The notes: a model not told the origin generated them from the sequence alone. DNA of 64,000 bases from Nitrospira sp. (GCA_030123605.1 CP126123.1:3437237-3501236), one strand, 5' to 3'. Shown: positions 18,619 to 28,719, counted from the first letter of the stretch. Numbers and translations: made by a program.

Positions 18619-18937
18619 AGCGACCTCCTCGGTTGGGGGAACCTGTTCGTTCGGCGCATTCGACATACTCGCGACGCAATCCTTTCGAATGCGGTTCGCA
18701 AGCAGAGATCGTCGATTGTCGGGGTGGTGCGGTGACCGATGCATCGCTGAGTGAGCAAGGCGCGTGCCCATATGAGGGAGCAGAGCGCTTCGCTTATTTT
18801 TGAGGATGATAGGATTGGAAGTATTTTTACGAGGCCGAGCCTCTGCACGAAAACTGTATCCAAAAGCATAATCGACGGTATTGAAAGAGATACAGGGGAA
18901 GGAAAGGGTGAGGTGGCCGGCTGACGATCCGGTGAAG

Positions 18938-19075
18938 ACACGGCCGGCTCACCGACTCGCCGGCGTGCGCAAACGTGACGCTCTTTCTCCATCGCGTCGC
19001 GCACCTCGCAGACCGCGCACGATCAGAATGTGCCCGGTCGATGCGCGCAAAGGGAGCCCATCCCGGTCACCTTGC
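18938..19075. repeat. Dispersed GC-rich intergenic repeat unit (family B)
   Basis: CACGGCCGGCTCAC..CTCGCCGGCG also occurs near 20785; CCTCGCAGA.CGCGCACGA also at 20849; GATGCGCGCA also at 21022. Confidence 0.65.
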
Positions 19076-19156
19076 GAAAGGAGAGAATGGTACCACCGTG
19101 GAAGCATCTATCCGCTGTGGTTGCTCTCGCGGGGAGGAACGGGAGAAAGGGCGCGG

Positions 19157-20050
19157 TCACCGAGGGTTGGCGATTTGAAGCAGGCTTCCACCGGCGGCCA
19201 ACCTGGCGAACTGCCGCTTCATGCCGTTGACCTGATCAAGGTACCTCCTGGCGTCGTGGTCGCCGCATCGTTGGTGGGGGAGCAGTCGGAAGCCGTGTGC
19301 GACATAGGCACGGCCCGCTCCGATTCCGCAGAGGTGGATCACGGCGGCGAGATCCTGCTTGTGTTGACGGGCGGGTTTGGCCACAGTCCGTCGCCCGACC
19401 GCGTGTGTCACCGCACGGTCGAGTAGGGCCGCCGTCAACTCGATGGCATGACTCGGCAGGACTCGGCTGTAGAGGCTGTTGAACCAACAGGAGTTCACGT
19501 CGTGCCAAGGGCCGTCCCGGACCACCCGGTGATCATGGATGCAGTAGCGCTTGGCTTCTTGGAACGTTCCGTCGGTCATCTGATACATGCCGGCCGCGCT
19601 CGAGGCCGGTCGGTACCACTCCAAGGGATTCCAGCTCAGATGCCATCGCCAGTAGGTCCGCGCCACCGGGTTGCCCCCTCCCTCGACCTGGGCCAGCGCA
19701 GCCAACAACTCGGGCGTGATGACGGCGGTCGCATGCTCGCGGAACAGAGGGCCGTATTCCCGCCATGTTTCAAACGGGCGTTTGTCGAGTGTGTTATCCA
19801 GCGGGAAAAACACTTCCGTCGGTTTGTGGATCGCGTGGTATGCCCAGTTGATGCCGGCACCCAGCAACAGGAGGGTGGTCGCGCCGACCAACAGCCGCAA
19901 CCAGAACGGCAAGGCCCGCAAGGCGACCCACATCGCCTTGAGTCCATGCAGCCAGGATCGCGCGCGCCTGCGGACGGCTGTGAGTGAGATCCGACGGCGG
20001 TGTTTTGTGCGGAGGACTCCGGCCGACCGTACATGGGAGCGGGAGGACAT
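19157..20050 (-). CDS. Lytic transglycosylase (SLT-like) domain protein with N-terminal membrane anchor
   Basis: LAALAQVEGGGNP (catalytic Glu) and SAAGMYQMT motif; TM helix LLVGATTLLLLGAGI. Confidence 0.75.
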   Translation of the reverse strand: MSSRSHVRSAGVLRTKHRRRISLTAVRRRARSWLHGLKAMWVALRALPFWLRLLVGATTLLLLGAGINWAYHAIHKPTEVFFPLDNTLDKRPFETWREYGPLFREHATAVITPELLAALAQVEGGGNPVARTYWRWHLSWNPLEWYRPASSAAGMYQMTDGTFQEAKRYCIHDHRVVRDGPWHDVNSCWFNSLYSRVLPSHAIELTAALLDRAVTHAVGRRTVAKPARQHKQDLAAVIHLCGIGAGRAYVAHGFRLLPHQRCGDHDARRYLDQVNGMKRQFARLAAGGSLLQIANPR

Positions 20051-20104
20051 GACCTCACTATAACCCAAAAAGGAATAGGTGGCGGTTGGATGCGCTCGAT
20101 CGAT

Positions 20105-20590
20105 TTAGGCTGGGGCAGGTGTCGCGGTCTTCGCCGGTTCGCGATACTTGGCGAAACAGATGAGATCCAGATGGTGGTAGTGGTTGGGCAGCAGGGTTTC
20201 CGCTTTGTAGCCCAGGCTCAGGAAAAACTGAATGTTCCTGGCTGTGCGGAGCATGGTGCAGGCGTAGAACTTATGGGCGTCGGTCGTAGCTTGTTCGATT
20301 TCTCTGATCAGCGCTGTTCCCACTCCATGTTTCTGGTGGGCGGGATTCACCGATAACAGCCGGATCACGCAGACCCCGGCTACGGTCCAAAAGCGTACCG
20401 ATCCGACAATGGCCTCTTCTGACTCCGCCACGAAGATACGTTTGTCCTTTGCATCTTGTCTGAGGCTATCGAGCGTTTCCGTGGTCCAGGCGCTCACTTC
20501 GTAGACCGTGGCGTATTCACCGAAGGCTGCCCGTTGAACCCGGAGGATCGCCTCGAAATCGTCTTCGGTGGCTGGCCGGATGTGAATCAT
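20105..20590 (-). CDS. GNAT family N-acetyltransferase
   Basis: IRPATEDD start; LSVNPAHQKHGVGTALI acetyl-CoA motif A. Start uncertain (20590 or 20662). Confidence 0.85.
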   Translation of the reverse strand: MIHIRPATEDDFEAILRVQRAAFGEYATVYEVSAWTTETLDSLRQDAKDKRIFVAESEEAIVGSVRFWTVAGVCVIRLLSVNPAHQKHGVGTALIREIEQATTDAHKFYACTMLRTARNIQFFLSLGYKAETLLPNHYHHLDLICFAKYREPAKTATPAPA

Positions 20591-20689
20591 GAACGGCGCT
20601 CCGATTGGATTCACCTCACCTTGCGAAGGTGAAGATAGCAGAGTGCGACCTTCTTCTTCCATCTTGGCGCGAGGTAACGATTGACCGAT

Positions 20690-21130
20690 TGCCTTAGGGA
20701 GAAACGAGCGAGGTCGGAAGGGGGTGGGGGTGGTCCGTTCGTTTCCTGCGCTCACGCAACGCGCGGCTTCAGATCTTCTAAGGCACGGCCGGCTCACTAT
20801 CTCGCCGGCGCCCACAAGCGTGGCGCTCATTATTCTTCATGCCGTGGACCTCGCAGAACGCGCACGAAAGCGTGAAGCGGGCAGCCTGGTCGTCCTCCTG
20901 CTCGCGGAACGCGAGCCCTCAGAAGGGCCTCGTTCGACGCGCGCATTCGAGGATCGACCAGGCTACCCGAGGAAGAGAACGGGAGGCGAGGGTGGAATGA
21001 CCATCTAGGCGATGCTCGTCCGATGCGCGCAGTGGAGGATCGATTAGCCTCCTTGCGGGAGAAACGAGCGAACCTTGGAAGGAACATCGGTAGTCGGATG
21101 TGCGCACCGGAGAACCAATCGGGCCACTCT
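20690..21130. repeat. Cluster of family-B intergenic repeat units
   Basis: GGGAGAAACGAGCGA at ~20697 and ~21057; 25-bp GCCCTCAGAAGGGCCTCGTTCGACG at 20915-20939 is identical to 55656-55680. Confidence 0.7.
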
Positions 21131-21264
21131 CCAAGATGGTTAAGGCGATGGATACCGCGTTCCTTCGTCATGTTCATGATGACCGAAGGCATCCTTGAGG
21201 GGAAAGAGAAATGGGCGGTTGGGCGGCCGGCGGGAATGTGTAGGCAAGAGGTCGAGGCAGCCGC

Positions 21265-21461
21265 TTAGGCCGCATTATTCATGACGGTTCGTCGCGAAAT
21301 CGCGCGATCGCGTTGCGAGACGGGCGCGCGGAGCTCCGAGAAACCGAGGCATACTTGAAACAGTCTGTCGAGGTTGCGAAGGGCGAGCCTGCCCGCCGAA
21401 GGCTTGTCGCAGCAGCGAATCCGCGACTGCAGCAGAAGCGTTCATGAATAATGCGGGCTAG
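21265..21461. mobile_element. MITE-like element copy A (197 bp including YTAG flanks)
   Basis: Terminal inverted repeats G/CCGCATTATTCATGA...TCATGAATAATGCGGG; flanks TTAG/CTAG; internal sequence similar to 22530-22746 and 42490-42685. Confidence 0.85.
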
Positions 21462-21533
21462 GCTTGAATCTCCCATTCTGCCGGGAGAGAGAAGAAGGTG
21501 ATGAGGGTCGGGGGAGCCATAGGCTACCCTTGC

Positions 21534-21772
21534 TCATGCATAGAAATACAGGCGCAATTCGTCTTCTGAAATGAACCGACTGGCTTGTCGAAAAATGGCG
21601 CGAAGCGTGCCGGGATCCAGTTCATGGTGCAGCGGGACCGTCAATACCTGGCGGACCTCACCGACCTCGCGGACCAGTTTGATATGGCTGCCACGCTGAG
21701 ATGCTTGCTGAAACCCAAAGCTCCGAAGAATGGTCAGGCGTCCCGGCCGGTGAGTCTACGAAGCTTGGGCAT
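21534..21772 (-). pseudogene. hicA: HicA family toxin, frameshifted
   Basis: MPKLRRLTGRDA* and then, in a shifted frame, LTILRSFGFQQASQRGSHIKL...LTVPLHHELDPGTLRAIFRQA (HicA GSH and VPxH motifs). A 1-bp indel near 21737 gives TGA at 21736-21734. Confidence 0.85.
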
Positions 21773-22001
21773 TCGCCGGGTCCAACTCCATGGTCAACAC
21801 CAGGGTGGGTCTATCTCGCAAACCAAAGGCTGCCGGCTGCTCACCCTCCAGATGGAGTGCAGCGGCCTCTTGCAGATGCTTGACGGTTTCATCTAGCGTA
21901 CGTCCCTGGGTAACGACCGCAATCTCCAGACACTCGGCCACATAGCCAACCTCGTCACCTGGACGAATCACCGCTTTGATGGTTTGTTGCAAATAGCTCA
22001 T
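21756..22001 (-). CDS. hicB: HicB family antitoxin (no DNA-binding C-terminal domain)
   Basis: YVAECLEIAVVTQGRTLDETVKHLQEA HicB pattern; overlaps the hicA start. Confidence 0.88.
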   Translation of the reverse strand: MSYLQQTIKAVIRPGDEVGYVAECLEIAVVTQGRTLDETVKHLQEAAALHLEGEQPAAFGLRDRPTLVLTMELDPANAQAS

Positions 22002-22529
22002 CACACCCTTCCGTCTACTGCCGGTCACAATGAGGATACCTTCCTTGGGGACGTGAGGCAAGCGATTCCTTCTACCAGTTCGGGCAATGTATGATTGCAA
22101 GACCGGACTCCACAACTGTTCGAACGATCTTATCAGCCTTGAGATCTAGCCGCCGGCTGGAGTATAGCTCCGAGGAGAATTTCTTGGGAGTTCACTTGCC
22201 ACATGTTTAGAGCTGGAGCCTTCCTCAAGCGTATCGCCCTCCGTTTCTTGGCTCGCAAGATTACGTATAATCTTCTCAGTGACAAGGTTGACAGTCCCGT
22301 TCGCAAGAAGTAGGATCCCGGCGCTTCTGGCGCGTTGGTGCGGCGTAAAAGCCGGCAAGATATTGGCGACGTCCTGCAAGGTGTGATTACAAGACCTTCT
22401 ATCTTCACAGGAGGTGTTGCATTATGGCAGCACAAGAGCGAGACAGATCGCAAAGCTCTCGGTCAGTCGTCTCAAAGACCGTGCGGCCCTGGTGACGACG
22501 CGGAAGAATTCCGTGATTCAAAGTTTCTA

Positions 22530-22746
22530 TTAGCCCACATTATTCATGACGGTTCGTGACGAAACCGCCAAAACGCCAGGTGAGACGGGCACGTGGAGCC
22601 GCGAGGAAGGGAGGCATACTTGATACAGTCTGTCGACCGACCGGGCGGCGAGCCTGCCCGCTTGGATGCCGGAAACTGGCATCCAAGCTTGTCGCAGCGG
22701 CGGATCGGCGGTTGCAGTAGAAGCGGTCATGAATAATGTGGGTTAG
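22530..22746. mobile_element. MITE-like element copy B (217 bp)
   Basis: TIR CCCACATTATTCATGA/TCATGAATAATGTGGG with TTAG directly repeated on both sides; extra perfect 11-bp hairpin at 22660-22688. Confidence 0.88.
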
Positions 22747-22749
22747 CAC

Positions 22750-22840
22750 GTGTGCCAGGCCGGGAACGCGAAGAAGGTGGCGTTGACGGCCTGCATGCGG
22801 AAGCTGCTCGCGATTCTCAATGTGATGTTGAAGAGTGGGA
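22750..22840 (+). pseudogene. IS110-family transposase C-terminal remnant
   Basis: GNAKKVALTACMRKLLAILNVML matches the IS110 C-terminal KVAxxAxMRKLLxILNxM pattern; the 5' part is missing and it abuts MITE B. Confidence 0.7.
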
Positions 22841-23250
22841 GTCGTGGCGGATGCTGGCCAGTCAGCCCGCGTGATGTTTCAGACAGGTGCTGCCCCTTTT
22901 CTACTCAACTCCTTCGTTCCTGGCGCACCAGGATACTGGTAAGGCAGTCCACCTCACCTGCGCACCCTCCGATTGCTCCGCAATCGATCGCCCGCAACAC
23001 GCCTTTCTACAGGAGTGGCCGCAGCAAGCAGGACGCTGGACGATCAAGCCATTCGGTGAGCAGAACGCCGACGGGATTTTCACTATTCTGCAAAGGGACA
23101 CATCCAAATCGGTCGTCACCCTCGTAGATGAGGGCAGACAGTAGGCAAGGGTTGAGCGCACAACCAGTCACCATCACGAGGGTGCGCCACCCAGATACTG
23201 CCGGATTCATACCCATAAAAGGCCGTGAGGCAGAGAAAGGAACCTCGGAC

Positions 23251-23637
23251 ATGACACCTGAGACCATTCGTCCCGCCGTCGCCCGGTATTTCGCGGCAAT
23301 CCGACAGATGGACGCCGACGCCTGGGTCGCCTGTTTTGCGGCGCAAGCGATCAGCTATGAACCGGGGGCTCCCGCTCCCTTGCAGGGCCATGCGGCCTTG
23401 CGCCAGTTCTTCCTGGGAGTCGTCGGGCTCTTCCAGACACTCGACTTGCGTGAAGACCAGATCTTCTTCTCGGGCAACCGGGCTGCGGTGAAGTTCACGG
23501 GGCGTGGCACAGGGAAAACCGGTCGATCAGTCGTCTTCGAGGGCATCGATGTGTTCGAAATCAACCAGGACGGGAAAATTCATATGATGTGGGGATACTG
23601 GGACCCGGCCGCGATGATAGCGCAACTGCAGGGGTGA
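23251..23637 (+). CDS. SnoaL/NTF2-like (ketosteroid isomerase-like) protein
   Basis: VARYFAAI...WVACFA, GHAALRQFF, FEGIDVFEINQDGKI...YWD pattern. Confidence 0.85.
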   Translation: MTPETIRPAVARYFAAIRQMDADAWVACFAAQAISYEPGAPAPLQGHAALRQFFLGVVGLFQTLDLREDQIFFSGNRAAVKFTGRGTGKTGRSVVFEGIDVFEINQDGKIHMMWGYWDPAAMIAQLQG

Positions 23638-23777
23638 ACCCAGCGTCGGCGATCGATCACGACCAGTCGATCGGAGATCCGCTTCGCGAGCTTGTCGGAG
23701 ATCGGATGAAGGCGGCGAGGAAGGCCACGCCGGCCGGAACCCCGTAGGCATGATGAAAACAGGAAGAAGGAGTCACC

Positions 23778-24809
23778 ATGCGCATTCAAGCCATGGCCGC
23801 GAAAAACCCCGGCGATGAATTGGAGCCCTGGACCTACGAACAGCCCATCCTCGGTCCCTTCGACTGTCTGCTGCGCGTCCTGGCCTGTGGGTTGTGTAGC
23901 AGCGACTTGCATATGATCGACAACCACTGGGGCATGTCCCGGTACCCGCTCGTGCCGGGACACGAAGTGATCGGCGAGGTCGTGGAGATCGGCTCACGGG
24001 TCACCAAGCTTTCCGTCGGCGACCGCGTCGGGGTCGGGTGGCAGCGTTCGGCCTGCTTTGAGTGCCATGATTGTCTGAAAGGCAGCGAGCATTGCTGCAA
24101 TCATGGGTATCAAGCCCTTCTCGCAGACGGCTACGGCGGCTTTGCGGACCACATGACGGCGGACAGCCGGTTTTGTTTTCGCATCCCAGACGGGCTCCCG
24201 ACCGAGCAGGCCGGCCCGCTGCTCTGCGGTGGAATCACGGTCTATTCGGCCCTGTGCGGTGCCGGCATGACCGCCAGTCAGGCGTCTCAAGAGATCGGCG
24301 TCATCGGACTCGGCGGCCTCGGGCACCTCGCGATTCAGTTCGCGGCCAAATCGGGGCATCGCGTGACAGTCTTCACGTCCAGCGAGGACAAAGCCGCCGC
24401 CGCGTCACGCTTGGGCGCTCACCGCACGATCCTCACGCAACCAGACGGCCGCCCCGCCGCGGGTCCGGATCGACCTCTCGATCTGCTGATCAGCACGGTG
24501 CCGAGTCAGCTTCCGTGGGGTGCCTATGTCGAGCTGATCCGGCACGGAGGCGCGTTGACGTTCGTGGGTGTCCCACCCGGGCCGTCCACGCTCCCGCTGG
24601 ACGCCCTGATTCCGACCCGTCGTCGATTGCTCACCAGCTCGATTGCCGGTCGTCCGATGATTCGGGAGACGCTGGAAGTCGCCTCGCGCATCGGAGTACA
24701 ACCTGTCATCGAAACCTTCCCGTTGGCCGAGGTCAATCACGCCATCCGGCGGTTACGCGACGGCCGAATCCGCTACCGTGCGGTGTTGATGCTCGATCAA
24801 AGTCGATGA
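23778..24809 (+). CDS. NAD(P)-dependent Zn alcohol dehydrogenase (cinnamyl-ADH/Ahr-like)
   Basis: CGLCSSD, GHEVIG, structural Zn CFECHDC..C, PLLCGGITVY, GLGGLG. Confidence 0.92.
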   Translation: MRIQAMAAKNPGDELEPWTYEQPILGPFDCLLRVLACGLCSSDLHMIDNHWGMSRYPLVPGHEVIGEVVEIGSRVTKLSVGDRVGVGWQRSACFECHDCLKGSEHCCNHGYQALLADGYGGFADHMTADSRFCFRIPDGLPTEQAGPLLCGGITVYSALCGAGMTASQASQEIGVIGLGGLGHLAIQFAAKSGHRVTVFTSSEDKAAAASRLGAHRTILTQPDGRPAAGPDRPLDLLISTVPSQLPWGAYVELIRHGGALTFVGVPPGPSTLPLDALIPTRRRLLTSSIAGRPMIRETLEVASRIGVQPVIETFPLAEVNHAIRRLRDGRIRYRAVLMLDQSR

Positions 24810-25245
24810 GGTGTGCCGCGCCGCCGCAGCGTGGCAGAGGCCGCTCATGTTTCTCGACGGCTCAGCGGGGCGGAGCAATCGAACCCAAATGGTTGGATGG
24901 GTAATACGTTACAGGATTCGATCCTGTGCAGCTCTCCGACATTGGTTTGAATCGTCCAGACGCTCACCTCAAACATCTTCCGAAAGAGAACGACGATACT
25001 GCGGACCATCTCCATCGCCGGGGGCGGTCCGGCCAAGCTGACCGCCCCTGAGGGTCGTTTCGAATCGAGGGCCCATTGAACCCCGTCTGGCACATGGCCT
25101 ATCATGCCACCAGCGATGAAGACCCTCTTCGACCGGATCAGCATCGATCGTCACATCTGCCAAGGTCGGCCCTGTGCGAAAGGGATGTGGAGTATGCGTC
25201 CGGCTCGTTGTCCGGTACCTTGTCATGCACCGTAACCCTGTCACC

Positions 25246-25866
25246 ATGTTGATTCGGGCTGTCGCAAAGGCCAAGGGCTGCGTTCTGCTCCTGGGATTCT
25301 TTACGGCTCTCGTCGGCGTAGTCTCCTGCACCACACCGTTCGACATGTCCGGTGAGCGCATGACTCCTCTCGATCCGGCATGGGGCGTGGTGATCGGTTC
25401 GGTGCTGGTCCAACCGGAAAGAGTCGCGTCCGGTAAAGATGTCACGGAGCGAGATGTTTCCGGCTCTTCCTTTGAATTCGACATCGTGCAGATTCAGCCG
25501 GGCAACCTCAACGGCGAAGATCCCTACGCGAAACACTATCGGCTCGAAGCGAAGGCAGGAGAGGAGCGGTTGTTCATCGCTCGCGTGCGCTCAGGGCAGT
25601 ATCTCATCAAGGGGTTCGACGGGGAAGGCCTGACGGGGCTCGGCGGCGAGTTGGATGTGGTCTTTTCCAGCATGGCCGGTGAGGTTCGGTACATCGGCCG
25701 CCTGCTCGTGAAAATTCCCCGGCGGATGTCCAGAGGGAAAGACTATCGCTTCACCGTCGAAAACGCCCGCGAGGCGACCTTGGGGCAGGTGTCCAAGCAA
25801 CATGCTGAGTTGACGAAAGATGTCGTGAGCGTACCGATGCAGGTGCGCGGCGATGATGGCCGGTGA
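25246..25866 (+). CDS. Putative lipoprotein
   Basis: Hydrophobic stretch ending VVSC (lipobox-like); start uncertain (25225 or 25246). Confidence 0.6.
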   Translation: MLIRAVAKAKGCVLLLGFFTALVGVVSCTTPFDMSGERMTPLDPAWGVVIGSVLVQPERVASGKDVTERDVSGSSFEFDIVQIQPGNLNGEDPYAKHYRLEAKAGEERLFIARVRSGQYLIKGFDGEGLTGLGGELDVVFSSMAGEVRYIGRLLVKIPRRMSRGKDYRFTVENAREATLGQVSKQHAELTKDVVSVPMQVRGDDGR

Positions 25867-25951
25867 CAGCGACCAGGAGGTTGACTTCTTTTCGCGGCAA
25901 GGGTAGAAGGACGAGCCGGTACTGTAGGCTCCTCCAAGGAGTGCTCTTGCG

Positions 25952-26845
25952 ATGCCGACGGTTCGATCCTCCGCCGTTCGATCGATACTGATGTCGGCGT
26001 TCTTTGCGTTGGCAATGGTGAACCTCGCTTCTTGCGGGACCACACCGCCGCCTCCCCCCACGCCTCCCGCTCCGCTGGACTTCGCTCAAGCCCTCCGGTA
26101 TGCCCAGCGGGCCTCGCTCGCCTATGAGCAGGACGCCGCCATTCAGCAGCAGAGCGGCCCTGGAGTGCGAGTCAGTGTCAGCGCGCCTCTTTCATCCGGC
26201 ATCAAGGCCTATGTGGAACAGGACGATGCCGAACACGTGCAGTGGATCGTGGTGCGCGGGACGTCAAACTTGATCAACATCCGATTGGATGTCGATTACA
26301 ACAAGGTGGTGGACAGCCGATTGCAGATCCCGCTTCACAAGGGATTTGCGGACTCCGCGCTTCAGGTGTACCAGTTCGCGAAGCCGCTGTTGAGGTCGGA
26401 CTATGAGACCCGCGTCACCGGCCATAGTCTCGGCGGTGCCGCTGCGGTCGTCGTCCTCATGCTGTTGAAGGAGGATGGGTTCAAACTCGGCCAGGCGATC
26501 ACGTTCGGCCAACCGAAGGTGACGAATCGGGACGGGGCTCAGAAATATCGATCGTTGCCCTTGCTGCGGTTCGTGAACGACAAGGACCCGGTACCGTTGC
26601 TGCCGCCTTTCGAGCTGTTTGCCGTGCTGGACGAGGGTCCGTTTCAACATTTCGGTGCGGAGGTCGTACTGGAGGACGGACCGAATTACCGGTACCTGTC
26701 AGAGCATCAGGCGCAACGTCGGTCCGTGCTGTCGTTCTGGAAAAATCTCAAGAACCTCAGCCTTCAGGATGTGCCGGAACATTTCATCGCCACCTACCTC
26801 ACCCGCATCAAGCAAAAACTTCCGACCGTTTCTCCCGGTCGCTGA
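25952..26845 (+). CDS. Lipase class 3 family lipoprotein
   Basis: Lipobox LASC; VVRGT, HKGF, GHSLGG nucleophile elbow, TFGQP, DPVP, EH. Confidence 0.88.
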   Translation: MPTVRSSAVRSILMSAFFALAMVNLASCGTTPPPPPTPPAPLDFAQALRYAQRASLAYEQDAAIQQQSGPGVRVSVSAPLSSGIKAYVEQDDAEHVQWIVVRGTSNLINIRLDVDYNKVVDSRLQIPLHKGFADSALQVYQFAKPLLRSDYETRVTGHSLGGAAAVVVLMLLKEDGFKLGQAITFGQPKVTNRDGAQKYRSLPLLRFVNDKDPVPLLPPFELFAVLDEGPFQHFGAEVVLEDGPNYRYLSEHQAQRRSVLSFWKNLKNLSLQDVPEHFIATYLTRIKQKLPTVSPGR

Positions 26846-26918
26846 CGACGGAGTCTACCCTGCATGAGAATGGCGATGGGTGCCGTCAGCCTCGCGGCGG
26901 AGACCGTTTCGATGAGTT

Positions 26919-27488
26919 TCACCCGCCTGCGTCGAGAGGGATCTCGAATGTTTTGAAGGTCGGGTCGATGTCGCTAGGTCGATCGGCGAGCGGCGGGCAT
27001 TGGAGATAGGGCTTGAGGTCGCGCAGGAGTTCGTTCTTTTTTCTTTTGGCGATGTCGCAGGCAGGCCCGGTGCAGGAACGTTCGAAATCTGCAGCTGCTT
27101 GGGCGGCGGCCGCGGCATTTCGGCCGGACTCGAAATCGAGCCAGGCCTTGTGAGTCTGCAACGCCTGATCCAATTCCGCCAAATGCCTGTCCACCCCGCG
27201 GAAGTGGTTATCCCTCCTGCACTGATCGCGCACGCCGGAGCCGGGCGAAAAATCGCATCGCCGGTCGCGCACGTGGACTTCCTCGCGGATCAGGCGCTGG
27301 GCTTCCTGAGAGCATCGAAAATAGTCGTCGTTGTACTGAGCCTCGTGCGCCTGTCTGAACTCATCGAGCCGGCCAGGGGTAAAGGACGAGTACACCCAGG
27401 TGTCGAATAACAGCGGCTCTTCGGCCAAGCCCGGCATGGCTTCCGTCAGCACCAAAACACACATCCCTGCAAACAATGTCGTGTTCAT
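26919..27488 (-). CDS. Exported Cys-containing hypothetical protein
   Basis: Signal-peptide-like N-terminus (MNTTLFAGMCVLVLTEAMPGLA); six further Cys; no family recognised. Confidence 0.55.
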   Translation of the reverse strand: MNTTLFAGMCVLVLTEAMPGLAEEPLLFDTWVYSSFTPGRLDEFRQAHEAQYNDDYFRCSQEAQRLIREEVHVRDRRCDFSPGSGVRDQCRRDNHFRGVDRHLAELDQALQTHKAWLDFESGRNAAAAAQAAADFERSCTGPACDIAKRKKNELLRDLKPYLQCPPLADRPSDIDPTFKTFEIPLDAGG

Positions 27489-27696
27489 CGTTCGGAGTAC
27501 GGACAGGATGGTGAATGCTCGTCGAGCATAATCATTGTACTTCGCGCCATGCCGAAATCAAGAGGCAGTCTCTGCACCGGACTTCCCAACCTCGGCACGG
27601 CGTCCCTTCCCTCAGCCCGGCAGTTGACACCACCCCACCCGAACAGTAGGTTGTGCCTGTTGCTCTGCCTCACGCCCCAACCAGGAGGACGCATCC

Positions 27697-28719
27697 ATGC
27701 AGACTCAGGATCAGGCCGGAGGGCCCACGCCCCAATTGTTTTTTCAAACCGCCAATGCGTACCAACGGACCCAGGCGCTGAAGGCGGCCGTCGAACTGGA
27801 TCTGTTCACTGCCATTGGGCTGGGCAAGGACACGGTAGACACGCTCGCGCAACGTTGCGGCGCAGCGGAGCGGGGCGTGCGGATATTGGCGGACTACTTG
27901 ACCATCCAGGGTTTCCTGACGAAGGAGGGGAGCCGGTACAAGCTGACGCCGGATTCCGCGCTGTTCCTCGATCGGCGGTCGCCGGCCTACATGGGGTCGG
28001 TCTTGGGATTCCTGCATGCGCCGAAGTTCACCGAATCGTTTCAGAACCTCACCGAGGCAGTGCGAAAGGGAGGCACCGTGGCAGGCGAGGCCGGCACCGT
28101 CGCTCCTGAACATCCCCTTTGGGTCGAATTTGCGACATCGATGATTCCCATGATGGCCAGACCGGCGGAAGAGATCGGCATCTTCGTGCGGCAGACCCAA
28201 CCGGACGTCAAAAAGGTCCTGGACATCGCAGCGGGACATGGGCTCTTCGGGGTTGAAATCGCCAAACGCTGCCCGCAAGCCGAGATCGTCGCGCTCGATT
28301 GGCCCAACGTCTTGACCGTCGCGCAGGGGCTGGCGCAGCAGGCCGGCGTTCAGGCTCGCTATCGGACGATCGCCGGGGACGCGTTTCAGCAGGATTTCGG
28401 CACAGGCTACGATCTGGTGCTGCTCACCAATTTTCTCCATCACTTTTCCACGGCCACTTGCGAGACGCTGCTCCGTAAGATCCATCGCGCGCTCACCCCA
28501 GGCGGCCGGGTCATCACTCTGGAGTTTATTCCCAACGACGACCGTGTCACGCCACCCCCGGTGGCTGAATTCTGCCTGATCATGCTCGCCACGACACCGG
28601 AAGGGGATGCCTATACGTTCAAGGAATACGAACAGATGTTTCGTGCCGCAGATTATGCCCGCACCGAGCTACACCCGGTGGCCGGTTCGATCGAGCAGGT
28701 GCTCGTGTCGTATCGGTAG
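27697..28719 (+). CDS. SAM-dependent O-methyltransferase (dimerisation domain + class I MTase)
   Basis: ALKAAVELDLF dimerisation helix; VLDIAAGHG SAM motif; AGDAF; NFLHHF; AGGAGG RBS. Confidence 0.9.
   Translation: MQTQDQAGGPTPQLFFQTANAYQRTQALKAAVELDLFTAIGLGKDTVDTLAQRCGAAERGVRILADYLTIQGFLTKEGSRYKLTPDSALFLDRRSPAYMGSVLGFLHAPKFTESFQNLTEAVRKGGTVAGEAGTVAPEHPLWVEFATSMIPMMARPAEEIGIFVRQTQPDVKKVLDIAAGHGLFGVEIAKRCPQAEIVALDWPNVLTVAQGLAQQAGVQARYRTIAGDAFQQDFGTGYDLVLLTNFLHHFSTATCETLLRKIHRALTPGGRVITLEFIPNDDRVTPPPVAEFCLIMLATTPEGDAYTFKEYEQMFRAADYARTELHPVAGSIEQVLVSYR

Noticed and set aside
22133-22520. AT-richer fragment between hicB and MITE B
   Set aside because: Several short frames and no recognisable motif; probably a gene remnant but it cannot be assigned.
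24810-25170. Intergenic ORFs 24845..25144 and 24969..25484
   Set aside because: No RBS or motif support, and the frames conflict; left unannotated.
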